Origin: Candidatus Woesearchaeota archaeon
GTDB lineage: Archaea > Nanobdellota > Nanobdellia > Woesearchaeales > WAPY01
Direction: 5' to 3'
DNA length: 64,000 nt
Assembly (NCBI GenBank): GCA_049700835.1
Contig: JBNAUL010000001.1
Span: 370,043 to 434,042, forward strand
Shown piece by piece: positions 1 through 9,592 of the stretch. The position numbers and the translations under genes were made by a program. The notes beneath the pieces were generated by a model. It ran no database searches. It was not told the DNA's origin and saw only the letters and a program-made list of their open reading frames with translations. Every line of letters begins with the position of its first letter. Positions within the stretch are counted from its first letter, which is position 1.

Positions 1-2
1 TA

Positions 3-242
3 GCAAACATTAGTCAACAGCTAAAAATCCTTGAGATGTTAGGAATAATAAAGAGGGAAAAGGCAGAAAATCACAACGAAAAGGGCAAACCAAAGACAAG
101 ATTTGCTCTGGCAGACGATTTTGCATACATAATACTACTTTCAAGAGACGCTGCTGACAAGAAACTCTTGAAACTCAATCCAAAACAAGCAGATTACTTC
201 AAAAATCTCATGCTCTTGGAAAAAAGCAACATTGAATCATGA
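3..242 (+). CDS. Winged-helix (ArsR-like) transcriptional regulator, 5' truncated by the window edge
   Basis: Frame is open from nt 3 (ANISQQLKILEMLGIIKREK...GKPKTRFAL), a typical recognition helix plus wing pattern. Confidence 0.7.
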   Translation, partial: ANISQQLKILEMLGIIKREKAENHNEKGKPKTRFALADDFAYIILLSRDAADKKLLKLNPKQADYFKNLMLLEKSNIES

Positions 243-363
243 GAGATAGGTAATACAAAAACTTTTACCCATCATTATAATCATTATAAAATTCGCGCTC
301 TTGCTTTTCAACAAGCAAAGCAAAACAAGCAAATAAAAAACAAGCAAGCGAGGTGAAAATAGA

Positions 364-1080
364 ATGAAAAAAAATTTAGTGCTTTTGTTTTTTTTGGCAC
401 TTTTCTTGACTACAGCAACAGCACATGCAGAAGTTATAAATCCAGACAACATATCAGAAACAGCGCTTGGAAAGCACGGTACATCGCCTGCCAGGAGTTT
501 GAATGCAGTAGCAGGAAATGTAACGCAGCTTACAATAACAACACAGACAGTCACGCAGTCATGGCAAGGTTATGTCGGAAACATTTCAGGAACAATAGTT
601 TTGGACGACTCTAACAACAAAACGCTGTACGATTGGAGTTTGGCAGACCCACAGGGAGAAATCTATGCAGTTAGGACTTCAACAACGCCTGACTGGACAA
701 GTGTTGTTTGTGCAAATTCAACGCATATAAACACAGAACAGATAGCATTGAACATGGGAGACGGAGCTGATAGGATAAACAACACTTTCACAGAAGATTT
801 CAGCGGAAGCTTTTTGGTTGGAGGCGTTGTAATAAACTCAACTTCTGGCTGCAAACAAGTAGCAACTTATGTGAACGATGCAGCAGACCCTAGCAAAAAC
901 TTCAAAGAGGTTTTATTGTACGATCCAACAAACGCATTGATAATATATACTGCACTGATAAAGAAGGGCTACTCTGTAGGTTACAATGGAAACACCTACA
1001 ACTTCCAAATGATAGTTGGAGAAGACGGGCATGGAAACACAGTAGCTTCAACATACTACTTTTATGTTGAAATAGAATAA
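364..1080 (+). CDS. Secreted Thr/Asn-rich beta-strand protein of unknown function
   Basis: Sec signal peptide ending AHA; GAGGTG RBS upstream; many N-x-S/T sequons; no C-terminal anchor; motifs AGNVTQL, WQGYVGNISG and terminal YYFYVEIE. Confidence 0.7.
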   Translation: MKKNLVLLFFLALFLTTATAHAEVINPDNISETALGKHGTSPARSLNAVAGNVTQLTITTQTVTQSWQGYVGNISGTIVLDDSNNKTLYDWSLADPQGEIYAVRTSTTPDWTSVVCANSTHINTEQIALNMGDGADRINNTFTEDFSGSFLVGGVVINSTSGCKQVATYVNDAADPSKNFKEVLLYDPTNALIIYTALIKKGYSVGYNGNTYNFQMIVGEDGHGNTVASTYYFYVEIE

Positions 1081-1143
1081 AGTTAAGAGTGCTGAAAAAA
1101 ATTTTGGATTTTAATTTTTATTTTATCTTTTTATGCTTTTTAG

Positions 1144-2277
1144 TTGAACAAAAATAAAGGCAGGAAAATGGATTTAAATCTTTTGCTTAGTGCACTCACA
1201 AACTTAATTGTAGTTCTAATCATAGCAAAAATAATAGATAATTCCTTTAAAATAAAAAACTACAAAATCGCAGAGTTCTTCTCGGTTTTAGGGCTTTTTT
1301 ACTTATCTTCTTTTATAATAAGCATTTTATACGCTTTTAAATCAGTGCAGGCGAATTTTGTTGAGGTTATGGTATTTGGAACATCGTTCATTACAATAAT
1401 AACTCCACTCATAATATTTGGAGTGTATGCAATAACAAGGAAGAAGATTCACCTTTCTTTAATGATTGTGTATGCATTAATAATCTTTTTAACATTAAAA
1501 GAAGTTGATTCGCTTATAATCCTAATACATTTGATTTCTTATTCAGTATTGATATTGCTCCTTATAAACCTTTTAAGAAATTCCTTTTTTATGAAAACAG
1601 CATTCTATGGAATATTCTATTCTTTTTCTTCTATTATACTTATATTTTTAATGATGGCAAGAAACATATCAGGATATTGGTTTCTGCCAAACATATTCCT
1701 CATGCTTTCATATTATTACTTGATTCCAATATCTTACGAGGACTTTTCAAAAGCAGAGAAAAAGGAGAAAAAAATAAGTTTTTCTCTTTTAATACTTAAA
1801 TACTCTGCATTCATAACAGCACTCCTTTTCTTTTCTTTTTTAAGCACAATTGCTGTCCATGAAATAGGACATGCAGTAGTTGCAAAATTTTATAAATGTC
1901 AAGCAGAATCAGTCATTTACAGCAGGGGATTAACTCCATATACAGAGATTACTTGCCTTAACAACGAGAAACCAGCGCTGTTGATTTTAGGCGGGCTCTT
2001 GTTTACAATAATATTTTCAGTTACTCTAATGCTCTTTGGAACAGAATTGATAGTTTATTTGGGATACCTTCTTTTAGGAATATCTTTCTTGATAGCAAAT
2101 TCTGATCTCAGTACATTGGGAATGCCAAGAAGCATCTTAATAACAACAAACATATTTGCTGTTTTTGTAATTCTCATTGGAATGTTCAGGATTTCAAGGA
2201 TGTACATTGAAACCTTAGGAGAAAGCAGCGAGGAAGGAAATAAAAACGAAAGCAAAAATAAAAAGAAGGTTAATTGA
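1144..2277 (+). CDS. Polytopic membrane protein with a C-terminal M50-like (HExxH) metalloprotease domain
   Basis: About 7 N-terminal hydrophobic helices, then TIAVHEIGH in a hydrophobic segment and a later NSD. True start is probably MDLN at 1168. Confidence 0.6.
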   Translation: MNKNKGRKMDLNLLLSALTNLIVVLIIAKIIDNSFKIKNYKIAEFFSVLGLFYLSSFIISILYAFKSVQANFVEVMVFGTSFITIITPLIIFGVYAITRKKIHLSLMIVYALIIFLTLKEVDSLIILIHLISYSVLILLLINLLRNSFFMKTAFYGIFYSFSSIILIFLMMARNISGYWFLPNIFLMLSYYYLIPISYEDFSKAEKKEKKISFSLLILKYSAFITALLFFSFLSTIAVHEIGHAVVAKFYKCQAESVIYSRGLTPYTEITCLNNEKPALLILGGLLFTIIFSVTLMLFGTELIVYLGYLLLGISFLIANSDLSTLGMPRSILITTNIFAVFVILIGMFRISRMYIETLGESSEEGNKNESKNKKKVN

Positions 2278-2323
2278 AACAATTTCAGAAAATTCAGACA
2301 AGCTATATTTTGCGGATTTTAGC

Positions 2324-2337
2324 AAAACTTTTAAATA
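2324..2337 (+). promoter_or_regulatory. BRE/TATA-like promoter
   Basis: AAAACTTTTAAATA upstream of the 2413 CDS. Confidence 0.5.
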
Positions 2338-2412
2338 CAAGATAAAAATCTTAGATTTCAATAAGCAAGCAATCATATCAATTATAAAAAGTTCATAAAA
2401 GGGAGTGGCAGA

Positions 2413-4173
2413 ATGGTTAAACAAGTTAACAAACGCTCAAGAATTTCTTTCGCAGTCATATTCTCATTCTTAATCCTTCTTGCACTTTGCAGGGCTTCAA
2501 ATGCTCAGGAAGAACAATTGATAAGCAACTCAGCAAACTGGAGAGATGTTTATTCAGCATTGTTGTATGCGAGCTTAACAGGAAAGGACTCAAATTTTTT
2601 AGTCAGTAACAGGCATGCAACGCTTCTTCTCAATACACTTGATTACAGGAAGAAGGATGTTATGATTGTAAGTTCAAGCAGAAACCCTTACATCTTTGGT
2701 TACAGAGACATAGTGGCTTCCAAAGGTTTTAATGTTCAGGAATTTGTTTTCAATGATTTCAACCTTGAACTCGCAAAAATGCTAACAAATGTTACAAAAT
2801 TCATAATAGTTGACGATTCTTATGGTTACAATGCAATCTCAGTAGCGCCATATGCTGTAATAACAAATTCCTATGTGCTTTTTGCAAACAGGCAGAACAT
2901 AAATTCAGTAAATTCTTTTCTTTCAACAAGAAAGGTTGACAGCCTTATAATCTATGGGCATGTTGCAAGAGAAGTTACAAACGCTTTGAAGCAGTATAAT
3001 CCAGAAATCATAAATTATGATGGGGATAGGTTTGCAAACAACATTGAAATCGTGAAGAGATACCAAAAGATAAAACCCTCAAAACAGGCAATTTTTACAA
3101 ACGGAGAATTCATAGAAAAGGAGATAATGAGCGGAGTCAATCCTGTAATTTTCATCGGAATATACAATGTGCCTGACATAGTAAAAAATTACATTCAGGA
3201 CAGCGATTTAGAGGTTGGGGTTCTAATCGGCAATGAATTGATAGGAACAGCAACATATGTGAGGAGGCAAACAGGACTAAGTGTTTTCGCAAAGTTTGCA
3301 AGAAGCGCAAGGGCTCCTGAAAGTGCAATAAGCCCTGTTGAGGGTTTGGACATATTCTACCTTCCAAGATACATACTGAACATTTCTCTGTACAGCATAA
3401 CATATAACAAAGCAACAGGGCAGTTGGAAGTGACTTACAAGAATGAAGCAAACCTGGCAACATACTTTAAGGGCGTAATAACTGTAAGGGATTCAATAGG
3501 CAATGTTTTCGTTGTTGGAGACGAAACTCCTATATTCATCGAAGGTAACGAATACAAAACAATAATCTACCTAATCAACACAACCTTGCAGGGAAACATA
3601 ACAGCAGATGTTTATACTTTGTATGGGGAATCAAAAAATTCTCTTGAAAGGGTTTTGCAGATAACAGGGTATCCTGTGAGCTTTGTAGAAATCTTTGATA
3701 ACGCAGAAATAAACATAACAGAAATGGAATACGATGCAAGAAGAAAGGTTTTCATGATAAAATTAACCAACATTGGAAGAGTAAAGGCGTATGCAAGGGT
3801 TGAGCTTGTTGACTTAATAATAAATAACGAGAGAATAACACTTGGTTCAAAGTTGGTTGAATTGGAACCAAAAGAATCAAAATGGGTTGAGATTCATGCA
3901 GAAATGAGTGAAGAAGATTATGATTTCAACCAAATCGTTAATGTAAATGTTTATTATGGAGAACGTCCAAATGCATTGATTAAACTCATAAAAGCAAAGT
4001 TTGAATTCAAATTAAGGGGATTTGATTATCTCTACTATGGAACAACCTTGCTAATAATAATACTGATAATCTTGATACTGATTGCGCTCTTGAGAAAAAA
4101 GTGCCCAAGGTGCAAGCATAAGAATTGGAGATGGGTAAAGCATTGCAGGAATTGTGGTTATGAGTTCAAGTAG
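2413..4173 (+). CDS. Membrane-anchored surface protein with a cytoplasmic zinc ribbon
   Basis: Signal peptide; alpha/beta repeats reminiscent of cell-wall-binding repeat 2 (GDRFANN); beta-rich C-terminal half; C-terminal TM followed by CPRC...CRNC. Confidence 0.6.
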   Translation: MVKQVNKRSRISFAVIFSFLILLALCRASNAQEEQLISNSANWRDVYSALLYASLTGKDSNFLVSNRHATLLLNTLDYRKKDVMIVSSSRNPYIFGYRDIVASKGFNVQEFVFNDFNLELAKMLTNVTKFIIVDDSYGYNAISVAPYAVITNSYVLFANRQNINSVNSFLSTRKVDSLIIYGHVAREVTNALKQYNPEIINYDGDRFANNIEIVKRYQKIKPSKQAIFTNGEFIEKEIMSGVNPVIFIGIYNVPDIVKNYIQDSDLEVGVLIGNELIGTATYVRRQTGLSVFAKFARSARAPESAISPVEGLDIFYLPRYILNISLYSITYNKATGQLEVTYKNEANLATYFKGVITVRDSIGNVFVVGDETPIFIEGNEYKTIIYLINTTLQGNITADVYTLYGESKNSLERVLQITGYPVSFVEIFDNAEINITEMEYDARRKVFMIKLTNIGRVKAYARVELVDLIINNERITLGSKLVELEPKESKWVEIHAEMSEEDYDFNQIVNVNVYYGERPNALIKLIKAKFEFKLRGFDYLYYGTTLLIIILIILILIALLRKKCPRCKHKNWRWVKHCRNCGYEFK

Positions 4174-4304
4174 AGTTTTGCTTTAAGCTTTTGTCAAGCA
4201 GTTTTCGTTTGTTTTAATTTTTATAAATTTTTTATATAAACTTTTTTACTTTTTTTATCTCTTTGCCATGTGCTTAATATCAGTACTTTTAATATGCTTG
4301 GGTT

Positions 4305-4796
4305 GTGCTAATGAAACCAAAAGAGGATAACTTAGAGAGGAACAATTTTACAGGAGAAACTGGAATTAAGGAAAAGGTTCTCAAGGGATTAAAAAACTTC
4401 CTCTTTGGAGAGCATAGAATAAACAAGGTGTTCATAAAAGAAGATGTGATTATTACAATACTCGATTTTGCAAAACACAACCATCCAAAAGAATTCATTG
4501 CTTTCTTAGGAGGAAATGTAAAAAATAATTCCTTAGAAATAGACAGGCTTCTGTACCAAAGATTTCATTCTTCAACAGATTCAGCATATTTTAAAATGGA
4601 GATTCCAATAAGCGAGAATTTCTTTGGAACAGTGCACAATCACCCGAACAACTTAAACTTGCCATCATCAGAAGATCTTTTCATGTTCGGAAAATATGGC
4701 TTTATACACTTGATAGTATGCTATCCTTATTCTGAAGAGGATATTGCTGCTTATGATTTTAAGGGAGAAAGAATTGATTTTGAAATAAAAAAATAA
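4305..4796 (+). CDS. JAB/MPN+ (JAMM) metalloprotease domain protein
   Basis: PKEF...GTVHNHP...PSSED, matching the E-xn-HxH-x7-S-x2-D motif. Confidence 0.85.
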   Translation: MLMKPKEDNLERNNFTGETGIKEKVLKGLKNFLFGEHRINKVFIKEDVIITILDFAKHNHPKEFIAFLGGNVKNNSLEIDRLLYQRFHSSTDSAYFKMEIPISENFFGTVHNHPNNLNLPSSEDLFMFGKYGFIHLIVCYPYSEEDIAAYDFKGERIDFEIKK

Positions 4797-4896
4797 AAAA
4801 TAAAGAGAAAGTTTTAATTAGCCAAAGCAACTAACCAATAAAAGACACGAACAAGACATGAACTCTCTAAATTAAACTATTTAAATCAAGGGCAAG

Positions 4897-5247
4897 ATGA
4901 ATAAGAGCAAGATTATATTCAACAACCACAAAGGAATAAGAGAGGAAGAACTGCGCAAATTTTTAGCCAAGAACCATGGTAAAAACAAGGGAGAAAGGTT
5001 GTTTGTGCAAAAATTCAATTCAATTTCAGAATTCTTTTCATGCTTAAACTCTGATAAAATAATCTTTATTGAGGAAGATTTAAGAACTTCTCTCAAGGAA
5101 TTGAGAAGCGTTAAAAAGATAAAGAATGAAGACAAGAGGATTATTGCTCTTGCCATGAGAGCAGGAAGGTTGAACATCTCTTTTTTGGGATTGAAGGATT
5201 TTGAAAGCAGTAGGGATGATTTATTAAGAATAATTAACTCGCTATGA
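4897..5247 (+). CDS. Hypothetical protein
   Basis: 116 aa ORF with coding-like composition, co-oriented with its neighbours. Confidence 0.55.
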   Translation: MNKSKIIFNNHKGIREEELRKFLAKNHGKNKGERLFVQKFNSISEFFSCLNSDKIIFIEEDLRTSLKELRSVKKIKNEDKRIIALAMRAGRLNISFLGLKDFESSRDDLLRIINSL

Positions 5248-5344
5248 ACCAACAAAAGTAGTGTTCAACAAAATAACCAAAAAAATGAACTTAAAAATTT
5301 AATTTTGAACAACTACACAATAGAACAATAGGGAGGTGTTTTCA

Positions 5345-6367
5345 ATGAACATAACCTTTTTTGAAACAGAGGAATGGGAAGAGAAGAGGATAAAGGAATT
5401 TATAAAGAAGAGCTCTGTTCTAAAAAAACACAGAATAAGATTTTACAGGGAAAAAATAAATTCTGACATAATAGGCCTAGCTAAGAATTGTGAAATAATT
5501 TCAACATTCATATATTCAAAAATCAGCAAGGATGTTCTAAAGGAACTAAAAAATCTAAAATTTATAGCAACAAGGTCAACAGGATTTGATCACATAGATG
5601 TTGAGGAATGCAAAAAAAACAATGTTTTGGTTTCAAATGTTCCAAGCTATGGTTCAGTGACTGTTGCAGAACACACATTTGCCCTAATACTTGCTTATTC
5701 CAGAAAGATAGTGCAGAGCGTTGAGAGGACAAAGCGAGGGGATTTCTCAATACAGAACTTAAGGGGTTTTGACCTGCAGGGCAAGACCATAGGAGTTATA
5801 GGAACAGGAAGAATAGGAAAAGAGGTAATAAGAATTGCAAATGGTTTTGGAATGAACATCCTTGCTTATGACAAATTTAAGGATTTGAATTATGCAAAAA
5901 AGATGAACTTCAAGTATGTTTCTTTGAATCAGCTCTTGGGTTCAAGCGACATAATAACTCTTCATCTTCCATATAGCAAAGACACCCATCACATAATCAA
6001 TGAAAAGAACATAGAAAAGGTGAAGAAAGGCGCTCTATTGGTTAACACTGCAAGAGGGGCTTTGATAGAAACAAGAGCGCTTGCAAAGGCATTGACAAAC
6101 AAAATACTTGGAGGAGTATGCTTGGATGTGTTAGAAGAAGAGACTATAATAAAGGAAGAACATGAACTCTTGAGCCATGAGTTTACTCAAAAACAGCTTG
6201 CAACAGCGCTGCAAAACCTATTCCTGCTTGCAAAGGACAATGTCATAATAACTCCGCATAACGCCTTCAACAGCGAGGAAGCAGTTAATAAAATCATAGA
6301 AACAACTCTTGAAAACATAGAGTGCTTTATAAAAAAGAAGCCGCAAAATCTTGTCAACCAATCCTGA
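5345..6367 (+). CDS. D-2-hydroxyacid dehydrogenase, D-lactate dehydrogenase-like
   Basis: RSTGFDHID, VAEH, GVIGTGRIG, VNTARG, LDVLEEE, TPHNAF. GGAGGTG RBS places the start at 5345. Confidence 0.9.
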   Translation: MNITFFETEEWEEKRIKEFIKKSSVLKKHRIRFYREKINSDIIGLAKNCEIISTFIYSKISKDVLKELKNLKFIATRSTGFDHIDVEECKKNNVLVSNVPSYGSVTVAEHTFALILAYSRKIVQSVERTKRGDFSIQNLRGFDLQGKTIGVIGTGRIGKEVIRIANGFGMNILAYDKFKDLNYAKKMNFKYVSLNQLLGSSDIITLHLPYSKDTHHIINEKNIEKVKKGALLVNTARGALIETRALAKALTNKILGGVCLDVLEEETIIKEEHELLSHEFTQKQLATALQNLFLLAKDNVIITPHNAFNSEEAVNKIIETTLENIECFIKKKPQNLVNQS

Positions 6368-6713
6368 AAACCCTGAAATAAATCCTCTTGCTGTCAACTA
6401 TTTCTTTTATTCTTTTTTCTTTTTCGCTGAGTTTTGAATCTGCTGTTTTGAACTCAACAAAGACAATAGAGTCATCATTAAACTGCACCCCATCAACAGG
6501 GCTTCCTATGAACCTGAAATTGCTTGAATCATAAGGATATTTTTCTATCAGCGGAAAAAATTGTTCAGTGATCCTGCCGTATTTTGAGGACAAACTTCTC
6601 TTTTTTCTAATAATTGAAAAGAGCCTTTTGAGCAGCGCTATGTTGAAATAAAAACTAAGAAACAACAAAAAAACAATTATTGCTAAGAGCATCAAGTCAA
6701 TGCTTATTTTCAT
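6354..6713 (-). CDS. Membrane-anchored Holliday-junction-resolvase-like PD-(D/E)XK endonuclease
   Basis: N-terminal TM; G-x-x-x-EQ; FRFIGSPVDGVQF...FVEFKT. Confidence 0.75.
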   Translation of the reverse strand: MKISIDLMLLAIIVFLLFLSFYFNIALLKRLFSIIRKKRSLSSKYGRITEQFFPLIEKYPYDSSNFRFIGSPVDGVQFNDDSIVFVEFKTADSKLSEKEKRIKEIVDSKRIYFRVFRIG

Positions 6714-6857
6714 TTTTTCTTATTCTTGTTTTTTATTTTTTTATTGATTATTTTGTTGCTCATTTTATTATAAGCATTTTAATTATAAATCTTAATCAGT
6801 TGGGTTTTAGAACTTTTATTCTTAACCTTTTGATCTATTTGTTTTTTTATTTTTATC

Positions 6858-7841
6858 TTATTCCTTTTTTGAGCACTCTCTTGCATGCTGAACAGCTGTA
6901 AAAGCAGCAATATTCACCAAATCCTCATGAGACGCTCCTCTTGAGATATCGTTGACTGGTTTGTTCAAACCTTGGATTATCGGGCCAATTGCTTTAACAT
7001 GGGCTATTCTTTCAACAAGTTTATAACCTATATTTCCAGAATTCAAATCAGGAAACACAAAAACATTGGCTTTTCCCTTCAAAGGGCTGTCAGGGCACTT
7101 GCTCTTGAAAACCTCTGGCACAAAGGCAGCGTCAAATTGTATCTCTCCATCAATTATCAGTTTTGGATTTTTTTGTCTTGCAATCTCTGTTGCTCTTCTT
7201 ATCTTGTCAACAAGCTCGTGCTTGGCGCTTCCTCTTGTTGAGAAGGAAAGCATTGCAACTCTTGGTTTCAAACCTATCATGGTTGCGGATTCAGCACTTA
7301 AAACAGCAATTTCTGCTAACTGCTCCTCTGTTGGTTCTATGTTCAAAGCGCAGTCAGCAAATATTAAAGGATTGTTTTTTAAGTCTATGATGAAAAAACC
7401 AGAAGCCCTCTCAATCCCTTCTCTTGTCTTTATTATCTCAAAAGCAGGAATGAAAGGCTTTGTTCTTGAACTTAAGCCAGAGACAACTCCGTCAGCAAAA
7501 CCCTTTTTCAGGAGCATCATGCTGAAATAAACTCTGTCTTTCAACTTTTCATAAGCCTGCTCCAGTGTTATGCCCTTGTGCTTTCTCAGCATATAGTATT
7601 CATCTCTAAAACTTTCAAGACGAGGGTCATTTTCAGGTTCATAGTATTCCACATTTTTTAACTTATACCTTTTCAAGTTTTCTCTTATTTCAGAAGAATT
7701 TCCAACTACAATTGGGGTTAAGATTTTCTTCTTTGCTATTATCTTCAAAGCTTTGTAAAGCCTTTCGTCTTCATAGTCAGTAAACACTATTCTTCTCTTG
7801 TGCTTCTTTGCTTCCTTTAAAATATTTTCTGCAATCTCCAT
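6858..7841 (-). CDS. pta: Phosphate acetyltransferase
   Basis: FADCA, AMLSFSTRGSA, IDGEIQFDAA, FPDLNSGNIGYK, QGLNKPVNDISRG. Confidence 0.93.
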   Translation of the reverse strand: MEIAENILKEAKKHKRRIVFTDYEDERLYKALKIIAKKKILTPIVVGNSSEIRENLKRYKLKNVEYYEPENDPRLESFRDEYYMLRKHKGITLEQAYEKLKDRVYFSMMLLKKGFADGVVSGLSSRTKPFIPAFEIIKTREGIERASGFFIIDLKNNPLIFADCALNIEPTEEQLAEIAVLSAESATMIGLKPRVAMLSFSTRGSAKHELVDKIRRATEIARQKNPKLIIDGEIQFDAAFVPEVFKSKCPDSPLKGKANVFVFPDLNSGNIGYKLVERIAHVKAIGPIIQGLNKPVNDISRGASHEDLVNIAAFTAVQHARECSKKE

Positions 7842-7913
7842 TGTTTTTAGTAGGAATCAAAGTCGTATTTAAATATTTCAGAATATTTTAATCACTTATT
7901 AATAATAACAAAT

Positions 7914-7928
7914 CGAAAGATTTAAATA
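7914..7928 (+). promoter_or_regulatory. BRE/TATA promoter with no downstream CDS (candidate sRNA promoter)
   Basis: CGAAAGATTTAAATA, the same form as other promoters in the window. Confidence 0.5.
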
Positions 7929-7988
7929 TAAGTTATTATTTCTAAGTAGTAATAATTCAAGATTCATAATCATAGACTCTCCGCTTTT

Positions 7989-8028
7989 CCTGGCCTCTCC
8001 TTAAAAAAGGAGTGGGTCAGGTTTTTTT
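7989..8028 (+). terminator. GC-rich hairpin followed by a T7 tract
   Basis: CCTGGCCT-CTCCTT-AAAA-AAGGAG-T-GGGTCAGG-TTTTTTT; two G-U pairs favour the + strand. Confidence 0.6.
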
Positions 8029-8032
8029 ATTT

Positions 8033-8545
8033 CTAAAATTTGTTCCAATGTAAAACTTCCTCAAGTTCTCTCTTGTCGTGAGGGCTGATTTTTTCAGTGT
8101 AATAACCAAGAGAAATTATGCTTACTATTTTATAACCTTCAGGTATTTGAAGCAGGTTCATGATTTTGCTGCAGTACTGCTTTTTATCACCTGCGACCCA
8201 GCAACTTCCTATTCCAAAACTCTCAGCAGCCAAAAGAATGTTTTCTGTTGCAGCGCACCCGTCTTCAAGGTAATACTTTGTATCTTTGCATACAACAACT
8301 ATGCAGGCAGCAGAATCCCTTATAAACTTTCCGTAATCAGTTATCTCGCTTATCTTAATCAGTTTATCTGTTTCAGTTACCACTATGAATTCCCATGGTT
8401 GAACATTGTTGGCTGATGGAGCCAATCTGCCACAGTCAACAAGCTCTTCCAATATTTCCTTTGGTATAGATTTTTTGGCATAACTCCTGTAAGACCTTCT
8501 CTGCTTCAGGATTCTTGTAAACTCGTTCAATGCTTTCAAGCCCAT
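8033..8545 (-). CDS. Nitroreductase family protein
   Basis: RRSYRSY, APSANNVQPWEF, AAESFGIGSCW. RBS supports a start at MGLK (8545). Confidence 0.9.
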   Translation of the reverse strand: MGLKALNEFTRILKQRRSYRSYAKKSIPKEILEELVDCGRLAPSANNVQPWEFIVVTETDKLIKISEITDYGKFIRDSAACIVVVCKDTKYYLEDGCAATENILLAAESFGIGSCWVAGDKKQYCSKIMNLLQIPEGYKIVSIISLGYYTEKISPHDKRELEEVLHWNKF

Positions 8546-8598
8546 AGAGACCACCTTGATTAAAAAGATTTAAAAGTAAGATTAAATACTTTTTTATT

Positions 8599-9567
8599 AT
8601 GAACAAAGTTTTTTTGTTTGCAAACATTACTGGAACATTTATTTTTGATGAAAAGTTGAACATAATCACTAAAGAAATCTTTAGCAAAGAGGCAAAGAAA
8701 GAATTGTTTGACAAAAGTTATGATGAATTAGATAATTTCTTTGAAGAAAAAGAAAAGGAAATCCTGGAAAAATTCAGATATGCTATGAATAATGAACTAG
8801 TTGAAATTATAAACCTTAGAAAAAATCCAAATCTTTATGTGGGTTTGCTGAACAAATTTTTAGGGAACTTTTCAAAAAGAGATTTTTTTGAATATTCAAG
8901 GGAATTGCTCTTCAAAATGAATGCAAGAGAACTTAGCATTGTTGAAAAGAATACTATAATATCGCAAGATGTTGATTCGTTAAAACAAATTACAAAAGTC
9001 TTTAACATTCTTGTAAAAAGAATAAGGGAGTACTATTCATTTTTTTGTCCAGAACTCGTTGTTTCCATAGAAGATGACGAATTTTTGGTAGATGAACTTT
9101 ATCACAAAACTCATGAGGAAATTCTCAACGACTTGGGAAAAGAGATTGAATTGAAAGCAAAAGTAGGAGAAGAGGATTTGGTTATAGTCACTAAAATAGT
9201 AAAGTGCGCCTTTGAGGTAAAGAAACTGATAGCAATAACAAAGGAAAAGATTGAGACTGAAATTTCAGGGTACTGCCCTGAAACAGCAAAAACAGCAACT
9301 CCGTTAATCGCTGCAAAGCTGCTAAAACAGGCAGGAGGATTAAAAGAACTTGCAATGATGCCAAGCTCAAAAATACAGCTCTTAGGTGCTGAAAAAGCTC
9401 TGTTCAGGCATTTAAAAACAGGGACAAAGCCACCAAAGTATGGAATAATTTACCAACATCCTGAGGTTTTGAGGGCAGATAAAAAATTTAGAGGAAAGAT
9501 TGCAAGAAAACTGGCATCCCAAATAGCAATGAGCGCAAGAAAGGACTATTTTTCAAAATCAAAATAA
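8599..9567 (+). CDS. nop5: Nop5/Nop56 box C/D sRNP protein
   Basis: Nop domain (MPSSKIQLLGAEKALFRHL...PPKYGII); adjacent to fibrillarin. Confidence 0.88.
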   Translation: MNKVFLFANITGTFIFDEKLNIITKEIFSKEAKKELFDKSYDELDNFFEEKEKEILEKFRYAMNNELVEIINLRKNPNLYVGLLNKFLGNFSKRDFFEYSRELLFKMNARELSIVEKNTIISQDVDSLKQITKVFNILVKRIREYYSFFCPELVVSIEDDEFLVDELYHKTHEEILNDLGKEIELKAKVGEEDLVIVTKIVKCAFEVKKLIAITKEKIETEISGYCPETAKTATPLIAAKLLKQAGGLKELAMMPSSKIQLLGAEKALFRHLKTGTKPPKYGIIYQHPEVLRADKKFRGKIARKLASQIAMSARKDYFSKSK

Positions 9568-9592
9568 TAAAATCAGAACTGCAAAAAGCAAA

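Noticed and set aside
249..289. GGTAA-N11-TTACC inverted repeat and an ATCATTATA duplicate as an operator for the wHTH regulator
   Set aside because: Short half-sites in AT-rich DNA, and no second copy was seen upstream of the neighbouring genes.
7066..7530. 154 aa ORF antisense to pta, and similar antisense ORFs throughout
   Set aside because: Mirror frames of real genes with no motifs.
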